A stretch of 64,000 nt of DNA from an uncultured Acidobacteriota bacterium (lineage in GTDB: Bacteria; Acidobacteriota; Terriglobia; UBA7540): assembly GCA_963804995.1 (NCBI GenBank), contig CAWDSK010000005.1:800001-864000 (forward strand), in the 5' to 3' direction. Below are positions 52,415 to 62,162 of this stretch, piece by piece. Position numbers and translations under genes: made by a program. Numbering within the stretch: the first letter of the stretch is position 1; every line of letters begins with the position of its first letter. Under the pieces are notes generated by a model that searched no databases, was not told where the DNA came from, and saw only the letters and a program-made list of their open reading frames with translations.

Positions 52415-53318
52415 GCGGTTTCTCCTCGGGGTTCGCCGTGCTGAGGTCTACCAAGGCTGCTCCCTCAGGTTTCTTGAGGTCGAATTTCTCTGGTGCGATA
52501 GGCTCGTTAAACGTGGCCTTCTCAATGGTAATTGTTACCTCATAATCCTCGGCAGGCCGCGCCAGTTCAATGTGTGTGGGAAAATGGATGCCCTGGAAAT
52601 CCTGGTACGCGGAGTATTGGACGTCTTCGGTGCAGGTTCCCTCCGCGTCATAGAATTGCTCCCGATCCATATTCAGGTCCGCACGGTCGAACCAAACTTT
52701 CCGGTGAAGAACCAGTTGTTGGCCCGTTTGCCCCGCCACGATGTTGACGACGTAGAAGCGCCGCCGTTGCGAGCGCCGCTCGGCTTGCTCCAGATAGGGC
52801 GTTTCGTGCTCTGCGTCGATGGCAGGAACGATCAGCGCCTGCAAAATGTGCTGCGGCCGCAGATTTTCGAGCGCGTTATCCGTGGGGCGGTGGAACGAAT
52901 TCTTGCCCACAATGTACTTCGCTTTGGCAGGGATATAGAGGCGGAATTCATCCCCAGTCGAAACCATGTCAAAGATGTTGGTTCGTACCACCGGGGCCTG
53001 GCCGAGCATTCGAATCGTCGAGGGTTTTTCCAGCAGGATGAATCCCTTTACGTCGTGGTATTCCTTGATGACTCCGGAATAAACCGACCCCGCAGTCGGT
53101 TCAAGGTCAACTGTGGCTGTGAGGGTGTGGATGGCCGCACTCTGCGTGTTGATCTTGTCAACCAGTTCGGCTAGTGTGGCATGGCGCCCTGGGCCAGACT
53201 GTTCCGGGGGATGGATATGGGTCACCCTGCGCACCAGACATCCCGGCGAGGCCAAGAGCAGGGCAGCAAGGACCAGCCCGAACGAAACCCTTCTTGTGTT
53301 AATGAGTGCGATTCGCAA
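52404..53318 (-). CDS. Putative lipoprotein with LolA/DUF4292-like fold
   Basis: Lipobox-like ASPGC; TLTATVDL; G.ILLEKPSTIRM; VWFDR; YSAYQDF.G..FP..I. Confidence 0.65.
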   Translation of the reverse strand: MRIALINTRRVSFGLVLAALLLASPGCLVRRVTHIHPPEQSGPGRHATLAELVDKINTQSAAIHTLTATVDLEPTAGSVYSGVIKEYHDVKGFILLEKPSTIRMLGQAPVVRTNIFDMVSTGDEFRLYIPAKAKYIVGKNSFHRPTDNALENLRPQHILQALIVPAIDAEHETPYLEQAERRSQRRRFYVVNIVAGQTGQQLVLHRKVWFDRADLNMDREQFYDAEGTCTEDVQYSAYQDFQGIHFPTHIELARPAEDYEVTITIEKATFNEPIAPEKFDLKKPEGAALVDLSTANPEEKPRGQ

Positions 53319-53404
53319 GATCCTAACCCTCTAATTTAACAGAGGCCTTGCGGTGTGTCAATTCCACCCCTGGCTTGGGGTGCACGACGAAGGAGTGAGC
53401 GGGC

Positions 53405-54817
53405 TCACGCCCCCACCCTGTGCGCCCGGCGTTCCCAGAAGTCTTCGAAGCGACCGCTGAGTTTGTAACACCGCAGAGCGATGATGGCATTGGAGCCGCG
53501 CACGGTCCAATGCATGCCCGAACGTTTTAGGCGCGACCCCACGACGACCCTGCAACCCGCCTCCAGAACCCCTGAGGAAGTACACAGGTGCTGGGCATGA
53601 AATTCCGCGTAGCGCATGCGGTGCCGGTTGCGCTGCAAGTACTGAAGGCAGTTGCGGGCTTCCGGTGAGCGGGCCGCATGGCGGGCCAGCGCCGTTGTCA
53701 GACTCCGCCAACGCCCGCCATCCAATTCTTGGTGCCGACGTTGCGCCCAGCGATGGGATGCCTCCGCTTGCCCATAGAGGGCCTTGGCCACTTGGCTCAA
53801 ATGCTCCTTCACGTGGTAACGATCCACGATTTGCAGGGCTTGCGGGAACACCTCCGCGGCGATGTTCCAGATCCAGGGAGCCCCGTCGCCGATCACCACT
53901 TGGCGAGAGGCTTGCCCGAAGTCTCGACGCTTCGCCTCACGCTCGACGCGCTGGGTAAATGCTGCGATCTGGGAGTCGGTGTCGCGGCAGGCCGCCGTCT
54001 CGATGGCCGCCGAGTAGCTGACCGAGCCAGCATCACGCCGGGGCCGGCCTTCGGCATCGCGCGCTTCCGCGCTCCAGATGGCGCAGACCTTGACCTCGCG
54101 GGTTTGGGCGGAGCCATCCGGCTGCTTGCCCGCTCGCCCCGTGAGTTCCTCCTTGCGCATGGGAATGCCGGTACCATCCAGGCCGAGATAGAGGGTGGGC
54201 GGCAAGGGTCCTTCCCTCACCGCCTCCACCGGTTGGCGTTCATCCTCGGCGACTTCCGCTCCCAGCGCCTCCGCCGTACGCTCCACCTGCTTGGCACTTA
54301 CTTCCACGCCCGCCAATTCCCCGAGGAGTTCACGCCCTTCTTGAAAGCTCACCAAGGCTCCCACCGTGCCCACCATGCGTGTCACCGCCGGGGACAGAGA
54401 AGTGTCCTCCATTCCCCACTGCTGGTCACGAGGACAGAACCCGCGCTGGCAGGCAGCACAATAATAGTAGGCGCGCTCCAGCCGTAATTCGCCCAGCACG
54501 GTCTGGAAAGGCTTGGCCCGCCGGTCTACATAGCGCGCGGGCTGACCGCAGGAACACGGCCGACGGGCTCCGGTAAAGTCGGAGTGGTCGGCATTCAGCC
54601 GCTGCTCCACCACCCGCGCGGCGAAGCGCAAAGCCTGACGGCGTACGGCCGTTTCCACCGCCTCGAAGTCCAGAGCCGCCGTGGCTTCCCGACCCACCAG
54701 GCGCTCAATCTCAGCGGTGAGGTCGTGCGCCAGAGCCTCGCCGAGTGCGGTTTTTTTTAACCTCGGCTTGCCCTTCTTCCTCCCGGGCTTCCAGCTGGGC
54801 ATCCGCCCATTGCTCAC
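53405..54817 (-). CDS. ISKra4 family DDE transposase
   Basis: CSCG...RAYYYCAAC; LDGTG; GDGAPWIW; DRYH; SGVLEAGCR..RLKRSGMHW; true start uncertain. Confidence 0.9.
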   Translation of the reverse strand: MSNGRMPSWKPGRKKGKPRLKKTALGEALAHDLTAEIERLVGREATAALDFEAVETAVRRQALRFAARVVEQRLNADHSDFTGARRPCSCGQPARYVDRRAKPFQTVLGELRLERAYYYCAACQRGFCPRDQQWGMEDTSLSPAVTRMVGTVGALVSFQEGRELLGELAGVEVSAKQVERTAEALGAEVAEDERQPVEAVREGPLPPTLYLGLDGTGIPMRKEELTGRAGKQPDGSAQTREVKVCAIWSAEARDAEGRPRRDAGSVSYSAAIETAACRDTDSQIAAFTQRVEREAKRRDFGQASRQVVIGDGAPWIWNIAAEVFPQALQIVDRYHVKEHLSQVAKALYGQAEASHRWAQRRHQELDGGRWRSLTTALARHAARSPEARNCLQYLQRNRHRMRYAEFHAQHLCTSSGVLEAGCRVVVGSRLKRSGMHWTVRGSNAIIALRCYKLSGRFEDFWERRAHRVGA

Positions 54818-55112
54818 AGGCAGCCCAGTAAGCCTCCACCTGACGCCGAAACTGCTGGCCCGTCTCGATCTGCTCTCGCGCCCGCTGCGCTTCCTCGGGG
54901 TTCAAGAAGCGGGAGCGGGTCTGCCCTCCCACCGCCTGCGTCAGACTGTAATAAGGGCCGTGCCGCGCCTTGGCATCCTCCGCGCAACCACAACCCGGCT
55001 TGCCGCATTTCACATAACGCTCCGATAGGGAGCCGCGCCGCATGGGCTGGGACTGACCCAACCGAGCGGCAAGCTCACGGACCGGACCAGGAACTTCAAA
55101 AGACTGAGCCAT
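54711..55112 (-). CDS. IS accessory protein (DUF6788-like)
   Basis: MRRGSLSERYVKCGKPGCGC..HGPYYSLT; AGGAGG RBS. Confidence 0.8.
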   Translation of the reverse strand: MAQSFEVPGPVRELAARLGQSQPMRRGSLSERYVKCGKPGCGCAEDAKARHGPYYSLTQAVGGQTRSRFLNPEEAQRAREQIETGQQFRRQVEAYWAACEQWADAQLEAREEEGQAEVKKNRTRRGSGARPHR

Positions 55113-55206
55113 GGTTCCTCCTTACGGCTATTATAGCCGTAAGAGAGAACTTATTTCAACCCCACTTTCCCAGAATTTCATTTCCCAGGCGTGCACCCCC
55201 TGGCTT

Positions 55207-55313
55207 GGTAGTGGGTCATTTTGAGGTAGAGGCGGCGGCATTCATCCCGATCTGATCGGGACGCCGCCCTTTGGCGAGGTAAACTCGCCGCTACACCATC
55301 AAATTGATCCACT
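55207..55313 (-). repeat. REPIN/MITE-like element, GGTAGTGGGTCA family
   Basis: Reverse complement of the 16079..16177 copy; abuts the IS target duplication. Confidence 0.88.
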
Positions 55314-55856
55314 GGCTGAAACTAACTCCACAACTGGCGCCTCCCGGCGACACTTGGCAAATCCCAACCTCCTATTTCTTTGATTCTCCACGCCCCCTTG
55401 ATTCTCCCAGCATTTTCAACCCACCATCTAAAGGCTATACAGCAGGAACCTTTCCAAACCTCACCTTATCAGCCGCGCTCTATGCTTCCTTCCAGCACCC
55501 GGCTGCCCCTCGGCTTACAGCAACGTGAAACTTCCTGCCATTAGGTCAGATGCGCAAACCCTGGCAAAGGCCGCAGCTTTGGCCACGCAGGCTCACGGGA
55601 TGTACGAACGTGAGGGTCACGCAGACCGTCCACACAGGTGGGGAGGCAAAATCCTTGCCGAAGCTTGGGGAATAATGGCGCGACGTACTTCCGCAAAGTA
55701 CTAAGGTTTTCTGAAGTAGCTCTAGCCTTCAAACTCCCCTGGATTGCACCCTCCGGACCGCGGGAAGGGTTGTGTCGCGCTTCGATGCCTCCAGGGCCTT
55801 TGCGGGATCGAAACACGACGTTCCTTCCCGCGTGCTTTCAACTTTACAAACTCAGC

Positions 55857-57416
55857 CTACGGGGTCGGCATATTGCCGAGTGTATTCGGCAGAGGCTTCC
55901 AGACCGCCGTCGTAATGGAAGCCGCCGGCAAAGTGAGTGGCACCGATCGTCGGATCGTGTTCAATTCGAAGTCCACTTGCACCTGGACATCACTCGGGCG
56001 ATCGTTCAGCAACTCGACAACCCAATGCCACCCACCCTCGGGCTCAGGTGAAAGGAACGCCAGGCCCCGAATCCCCGGGTATTTACCGTCCATCAGCACC
56101 CGCACCGCCCCCGGCCGCACGAACTTGCTGAAATGCGCCAGATAGTAATAGAGCCCCGTGTAAGTCACCTTCTTGGTTTCCCGATTGATGTGCACGATCG
56201 CGTGCTGCACATTGGGATCGGGATCAAGATGCACCGGGGACACGCACCAGGGGCCGCCCCGCTGATCCAAAATCATATTCCAGTAGACCCACGCCGAGGC
56301 TCCCGCTTCGACATCCGAGAAAATCATGTTCCCCCAGAAGGAGCCGTCTTCCCATGAGTAGTTCGGTACGGTCGTGAAGTGAGGCTTTCCCTCTTCATAG
56401 AAGTGGCACACTTCCGTCATCCACAAGCGGAGGTCAGGGTATTTCTGATGCAGGGCGGCAAGCTTGTCGAAATTCGCCGGACCTTTCAAGTGATCGTACC
56501 CGTGATAGGGGAGCTCGGTTAGGTATTGCCGGGCCTGCGGATCGTTGAGAACGATGGGATAGTATTGGGCAGCCTCCAGCCGCACCGGAGCCTCACCCAG
56601 CATGAGCTGGTTTTTCACCCCGGCCTTCTTGAAAAGAGGGCCGACGTGGTTCTTGAGCAGGTCAAGAATCTCCGGATACTTGATACTGGTGTAGCCGCCA
56701 TCGTCGTTGCGAGGCTCGTTGAACAAGCTGACATAATCGATAAACACGCCTTGCTTCTGGTACTCCTGGACATAGCGCAGATAATAGTGCGCGAGGGCAT
56801 CGTAATATTTGGGATTGACGTCCTGGTTCTTGTTGACGTCCATGAGCATCCAATCCGGCGGGTAATCCATGGGCGCTTCGAGCACGAACTTCCCGTACTG
56901 GCGGGCGCGCTTGATGTAGGTAATGACGCCGTTCGGTTCCAGGTCGCGTTGAATGGAGAAATGCTTCATCTCCACATCGCCGGGCGTATCGTCGTAGGTG
57001 TAATACGGTCCCGCCGACATGAAATCGGTGCCAGCGATGGGAGTCTTCATCGCTGAAAAGCCCGCGCCACGGTTGGGATCGAACAGGGCGCGCAGTAAAG
57101 CCTCCTGCTCCGCTTTGGGCAGATCATTGATGCAGATCAATCCCGCTTCGAGGAACGATGCCCCGAACCCCACCATCTTCTGGAGCATGTTTCCGGTCAA
57201 GATGTGAAATTCGGGGACCGTGGTCGGTTTCTTTTCTTCAAACTTCACCACAGGCCTGGCGGTGAGACGGTCTCCCGCTTTCGATGAAACGTAAACCTTC
57301 ACTTCCTGCCCGTACGCTGACCCCATGCATAAACCCACGAGTAGAACCCACAGCAGGCAAAGAGATGCCTTCCTCGGTGTCCGTCGGGACTCATTCATAC
57401 AAGTGCGTGTATTCAA
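55857..57416 (-). CDS. Glycoside hydrolase family 30
   Basis: GFGASF; TDF; SLFNEP acid/base; HGY; LWMTE nucleophile; YWNMILD..GGP; AHFSKFVRPGA. Confidence 0.92.
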   Translation of the reverse strand: MNTRTCMNESRRTPRKASLCLLWVLLVGLCMGSAYGQEVKVYVSSKAGDRLTARPVVKFEEKKPTTVPEFHILTGNMLQKMVGFGASFLEAGLICINDLPKAEQEALLRALFDPNRGAGFSAMKTPIAGTDFMSAGPYYTYDDTPGDVEMKHFSIQRDLEPNGVITYIKRARQYGKFVLEAPMDYPPDWMLMDVNKNQDVNPKYYDALAHYYLRYVQEYQKQGVFIDYVSLFNEPRNDDGGYTSIKYPEILDLLKNHVGPLFKKAGVKNQLMLGEAPVRLEAAQYYPIVLNDPQARQYLTELPYHGYDHLKGPANFDKLAALHQKYPDLRLWMTEVCHFYEEGKPHFTTVPNYSWEDGSFWGNMIFSDVEAGASAWVYWNMILDQRGGPWCVSPVHLDPDPNVQHAIVHINRETKKVTYTGLYYYLAHFSKFVRPGAVRVLMDGKYPGIRGLAFLSPEPEGGWHWVVELLNDRPSDVQVQVDFELNTIRRSVPLTLPAASITTAVWKPLPNTLGNMPTP

Positions 57417-57447
57417 GGTTTAATCCTCCTTACTTAAGCAACACTGC

Positions 57448-58818
57448 TTAGGGCTTGTGCTCGTAGGCGCCTATGTCGTAGCCAGACCCTGGCGGGCGGG
57501 CGGTGCCTGCAAAATCCACCGTCACATCCTGCAAGACAATCCCTGCCCCCACCAGCGGCGATTTCGGCAGAAGGCGAAAGTCCTTGGCGGCCGCATTTAC
57601 AAACCCTGGATTGATTCCCCAGAGATCATGGGGGTAGGGGACGTGGCTGCCGCCCGTACCCGGCGCGCGGCCGTCACTCATGCCTTGCGCGTTGTACCCG
57701 GCCACCACTCCCTTTGATTCCGGGCGCATGGTCAGATAGCTGTCCTGGTGGTTTCCCACGTCATAGAAGACATTGTTCTCAACCACTCCTGCCCCAGGCC
57801 CCTCGAACAAGACAGCCTGTTGAGTGATCTTATAAAAGGTGTTGTTGACTATTACGATCGAGGTGATATCGGGATTCGCTAATCTCTCGACGTGGATGCC
57901 CACGCGGAGGTTCATGAAAATATTGTTTCGGAAGGTGATGTGGTTGACTACTCCGGAGCCATTTTCGATCTGCGCGGCTTGCACGGGGAGAAACCCGGTG
58001 TCTTCGATATCGCAGATATTCTGCTCAAAGAGTATGTTGGTTGCCGGCCCCCAGGTTTCAATGCAATCGATGTGGGGGTCAAGGTTGCCCAGATCGTCCG
58101 ACCGGATATCATGCACGCGGTTGTGGCGGAAGATGTGGCCGGTGCCAAAGGGGCGCAACCCGTCCGCATCCGCACCATCGAACGCGGGCCCGCCCGGATG
58201 GTATTGGATGGTATGACTGATGTCGTTGTCCTCGATCAGGTTTTCCTTTCCATCCACGGTGATGCCGGAGTTGCTGGCGCGATAAATCCGATTCCCCTTC
58301 ACGAGGTTATACGCTGTGGGCGGTGAGTTGGCCCCCCCTTTGTCCACGAACATGATCCCGTCGTTGTATATATCGTGGATGTAATTATTCAGGATTTCAT
58401 TATGCTGGCCGCTGAGAGTGACTCCAAAATTGTCCTCAAAGATTCTGTTGCGGCTCGTGATCTCAAACCCTATCACCCGCACATAATTAGCGGTAACCGT
58501 GAACCCTCCGGTCACGGCCCTGCCGCTTGCCTGATAGGTAATGAGGTGGCCGGAAGCGCCGGACCGGGTCACATGGATCCGCTCCGGGTAGCTGCCGGCC
58601 GCGACCAGCACCGTATCGCCGGGCGATAGGGAATCGGCTGCTTTCTGGATGGTTTGCCAAGGGGCATCCTTGGTTCCGGCATTCGTGTCCTTACCAGTTC
58701 GAGCATCCACATATAAAGTGCTTGCCGATGCAGTGGAGATGAACAGGGCGATTATTGCCGTCAACGTGACTTGCACGCAGGCTTTCCGTTTGAGGTTCGT
58801 TCCAACAGGGATCATCAT
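57448..58818 (-). CDS. Secreted right-handed parallel beta-helix (pectin lyase-like) protein
   Basis: G.DTNAGT...PWQTIQKA...PGDTV; I.NN.I repeats; DFRLLPKSP...YDIGAYE. Confidence 0.85.
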   Translation of the reverse strand: MMIPVGTNLKRKACVQVTLTAIIALFISTASASTLYVDARTGKDTNAGTKDAPWQTIQKAADSLSPGDTVLVAAGSYPERIHVTRSGASGHLITYQASGRAVTGGFTVTANYVRVIGFEITSRNRIFEDNFGVTLSGQHNEILNNYIHDIYNDGIMFVDKGGANSPPTAYNLVKGNRIYRASNSGITVDGKENLIEDNDISHTIQYHPGGPAFDGADADGLRPFGTGHIFRHNRVHDIRSDDLGNLDPHIDCIETWGPATNILFEQNICDIEDTGFLPVQAAQIENGSGVVNHITFRNNIFMNLRVGIHVERLANPDITSIVIVNNTFYKITQQAVLFEGPGAGVVENNVFYDVGNHQDSYLTMRPESKGVVAGYNAQGMSDGRAPGTGGSHVPYPHDLWGINPGFVNAAAKDFRLLPKSPLVGAGIVLQDVTVDFAGTARPPGSGYDIGAYEHKP

Positions 58819-59172
58819 TCTGACCTCCGGGCTGCCGGGCAGTATACACCGGCTGGCTTCCTTTGCTGCGACCTCACTTCGAACAATTTTAGTCTCTTGA
58901 GGAAGCAGTTCCGGCGTATACTCCTCGCCGGAAAGACCGCGGCGGTAAGTATTTCGCTGGTCGGGGTATTACCAGCAGGAGTCGCGGCTAACGAGCGAAT
59001 TGTAATGACGATTAGAGCGACGGCCAGCCGATGGGGACTATCCTCTCCGCCTCCCGTGGACTCCATGAAGAGGCAGAAGTGCTTCATTCCATCCCCCGAC
59101 CAAGGCAGCAGGTGATTCGCTAAACCAACACCGAAATTGGTTTCCGAGGCGCCTCAAGGAGCCGTATTTCGT

Positions 59173-60219
59173 ATGAAACAACACGCGCCCTTATGGTTCT
59201 TTGTACTCTTCCCGATTGTGGCTTGTGCTCAAACCGCGCCCCTGCCGATGGTGACGCCCTGGCCCGGGGACCGTACGGCGGCCATTTCCCTCACTTTTGA
59301 TGATGCGACGCCCAGCCATCTCGACATCGTGGGCCCGACTCTGAAGAAGCATCACTTGCACGGAACATTCTATGTGGTCACGGGCAACGGAACGTGGGTT
59401 ACGCGTTTCGACGATTGGCGGCGCCTGGCGGCGGAGGGAAATGAAATCGGCAGTCACAGCGTGCATCACCCCTGCTTGCTCGATCGGATCAAGCCCAACG
59501 CGCTGGATTACACTCCCCAAATGATGCGGGCGGAAGCAGGTGACAGCGCCCGGGAGATTGCCACACGCTTGGGAATCGATCGTGGCCTGACGTTTGCCTA
59601 CCCCTGCTCTACCGAGACTTTCGGCCCTCCGGCGGACCAGGCGCACAACGAGGTACTCTATCTGGGTTACGCGGCGGAGTTCTACTTTGCGGCGCGCGGG
59701 GATAATGGGGGATTACCGGTAACCCCGGAAGAGATGAATCCGCTTACCGTGCATGGTCTCGGACGTGTCGTGGGGCTTGACTATCCTCATCTGCTGGCCT
59801 TGATAGACCCCCCCCAGCGGAGTCACGAGTGGGGTGTGTTGATCTTCCATGGGGTGGGCGGGGACGGGATGGCAGTGAGCGCGGAAGCCTTTGAGATGCT
59901 CGCCGCTTACCTTGAGCAGCACCACGACATCTGGTGCGCCGCTTTCGGTGACGCGGTTCGGTACATTCAAGAGCGCAAGGCGCTCAAGATCCGGCTTACA
60001 AAATCCGACAGCCGGCAGGTGGAGTTTGCCCTTAGCTGGCCCATGGATGCAAAAACCTTCGACTTGCCTCTTACCCTGAAATGGCAGACGCCGAGCGATT
60101 GGACAGCTTACCAATGCGAGGCTGACGGCCACCCGCTGGCTACTACCAAAGCGAATTCCCAGGCAGTGCTGGTGGACGTTCCGCCGCAAACCAAAGTGTT
60201 GCGGTTCGAGGCCAAATGA
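59173..60219 (+). CDS. Polysaccharide deacetylase (NodB/CE4-like)
   Basis: SLTFDD; EIGSHSVHH; FAYP; LIFHG. Confidence 0.88.
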   Translation: MKQHAPLWFFVLFPIVACAQTAPLPMVTPWPGDRTAAISLTFDDATPSHLDIVGPTLKKHHLHGTFYVVTGNGTWVTRFDDWRRLAAEGNEIGSHSVHHPCLLDRIKPNALDYTPQMMRAEAGDSAREIATRLGIDRGLTFAYPCSTETFGPPADQAHNEVLYLGYAAEFYFAARGDNGGLPVTPEEMNPLTVHGLGRVVGLDYPHLLALIDPPQRSHEWGVLIFHGVGGDGMAVSAEAFEMLAAYLEQHHDIWCAAFGDAVRYIQERKALKIRLTKSDSRQVEFALSWPMDAKTFDLPLTLKWQTPSDWTAYQCEADGHPLATTKANSQAVLVDVPPQTKVLRFEAK

Positions 60220-60266
60220 GACTCCGGCGGTGCTGGTGCCACGCCGGCGCTTAAGGCACTGCTGTA

Positions 60267-60377
60267 ACCACCCCGGCGCTCTGAGCGCCACCCCTCCTGA
60301 ATCAGGAGGGGAGTTGTTTAAAAAAGGAACTCCCCTCCTCAGATGAGGAGGGGTGGCGCGCTGAGCGACGGGGTGGT
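60267..60377. repeat. Inverted pair of ACCACCCC...CCCCTCCT..AGGAGGGG repeats
   Basis: Long palindrome read directly; half copy at 30630. Confidence 0.85.
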
Positions 60378-60478
60378 GCTGATAAGGAAATCGAGGGCGG
60401 TGCGGAACAGGGGATTAAGGTGGTGCTGATTAAGACATGCCCCAATTCCTGCAAAGTCGGAACGGAATGGAGAACCCG

Positions 60479-61994
60479 ATGAGATACCTGAGATTGCTAA
60501 TAGTGGTGGGAATCCTTGCCTTCCCGCTGCCATCCCGCGCCCAGAATGTGGCGGCGATTGCGGTCGATGTGCAGTCCCTCGGAAAAATGATTCCCGTAGA
60601 TTTCGACGGCTTCGGTACGCAGTTCAGCCCCTCGCCGGAGAACAACTTTCGAGGCGCTCAGAGTTCCCCCATTTACCTTGTGGGTGGTGCGAATCAACCC
60701 AATCGAGTCTTCTACCAGCTCCTGAAAAATCTGGGCGGAGGCACGCTCCGCTCCGTGGACGGTTACACCTCCGAGACTTGCTGGAATCCCAGTGAGGCGC
60801 CCTACCCGGAGGCTTGCCCATATCTCATGACCGACGACTTTATAAACGGTTATGTGAAAGCCTCCGCGGAGACAGGGTGGGGAGTTCTGGTGGCGATCAA
60901 CCTGGCGCAGAACTCCGCCCCGTGGGCCATCCAATTTGGCGTGCGGTTTGCCGACGCCGCGCGGGCCACTCCGGGCAGCAAGCTGGTGGGATTCGAATTC
61001 GGAAACGAGCCGGACATCTACACGAAGAACCTTTTGTTTGGGCGGACCATGGTGCGCCCCCCGGGCTATTCGTGGCAAGACCTGGTAAAGGATTGGAAAC
61101 CTTACGTGGCAGCATTTAAGGCGAATCCTGCCACGGCGGGGATCCCCCTCGTGGGCCCCGTGTACGACCAGGCCGGCTGGACAGAATCCACGCTGGGGCC
61201 CTTTATTGATGCCATAGGCGCGAAAAACTTGGGCTTCGTAACCGTCCATCACTACGCCACCAGCCGCTGCGACGGTCGAGATGTGACCATCCCGGAGCTG
61301 CTCTCCGAGAAACCTATCGATGCGTTTGTGTCCAAGGCCAAAGGTTGGGTCGAGACTGTTAACAGTCGGGGGCTTGATCTGGTGCATGGCGAGACGAACT
61401 CCGTCTCCTGTGAGGGACAGAAGGGGGTGAGCGACGCCTTTGCCCTCGAGCGTGTGGGGGCTCGATTGGCTTTTTACGAATTTCAACGTGGGAATGCGAA
61501 GAATCAACTTTCTCTCGAACAACAGCTATTACAGCCCGGTGTTTGTGACAACTGCTGTGAACCCGGACACTGACGAGCTGATTTATCTCAACTTCGTGGC
61601 GCCCCTCTACTATGCCATGTACACCTTCAGCACCCAGGCGCAAAACCGGCATATTCTATCTGCCAGTATTAAGACCGATGCGAATATCAAAGCCTACGCG
61701 GTGCGCGAAACGGCCTCCGGCCCCGTCACGGTCTTCGTCATCAACAAGGACTTGAAAGCTTCTGGGAAAGTTGTTGTCACCCCATCCACGCGCCTGGGAA
61801 AAGGTTCGCTCCTCAGCGTCCAGGCGCCCTCGCTTGATTCGAAGCTCGTAACTTATGGTGGGGTTTCGTTTGACAATAACACCGGCTTGCTGGCAGGCTC
61901 GCCGCGCAGCACTCCGGTTGCAGCAGATGCTTCCGGTAATTACACGATTGAACTTCCCAATGCCAGTATTGCCGTGCTGACCATCAATCCGTGA
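60479..61994 (+). CDS. GH79-like beta-glucuronidase, +1 frameshift near 61445
   Basis: FEFGNEPD; VHHY; GETNSVSCEG..GVSDAFA; joins SSVWGLDWLF in the next frame. Confidence 0.85.
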
Positions 61995-62018
61995 AGGGCG
62001 GGCGAAAGCTTAGAGTAG

Positions 62019-62070
62019 TAGCCCTCTCCGAGGGGAGAGGGTGGCCGACGTAGGAGGACGGGTGAGGGGT
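62019..62070 (+). repeat. GCCCTCTCC..GGAGAGGG...GGGTGAGGGG repeat (short form)
   Basis: Matches the copies at 1521, 29956 and 43574. Confidence 0.8.
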
Positions 62071-62162
62071 CACTTCGCGACGTTTGAAGATTTAAAACAC
62101 ATTACCCCGCAAGCCCAAACCCATAGTGAGAAATCCCGGCAAGCACTTGGAGGTAGGAAACC

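Larger units (their letters stand above)
53378..55198 (-). mobile_element. ISKra4-family insertion sequence, 1821 bp
   Basis: Terminal inverted repeats GGGTGCACG (15/21 when extended); 9-bp target duplication CCTGGCTTG at 53369-53377 and 55199-55207 (boundary ambiguous by 1 nt). Confidence 0.9.

Noticed and set aside
52095..53174. Long antisense ORFs (also 473..1282, 3291..4235, 17596..18633, 40563..41717, 60497..61522)
   Set aside because: Shadow frames opposite well-supported genes in GC-rich DNA
55304..55830. Possible transposase or RAYT remnant right of the IS
   Set aside because: No HUH or DDE motifs in the frames I checked; only degenerate palindromes
5200..61460. About 14 frameshifts as programmed recoding or phase variation
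   Set aside because: Most are single duplicated bases with no slippery or repeat context, scattered over unrelated genes; this fits long-read insertion error better
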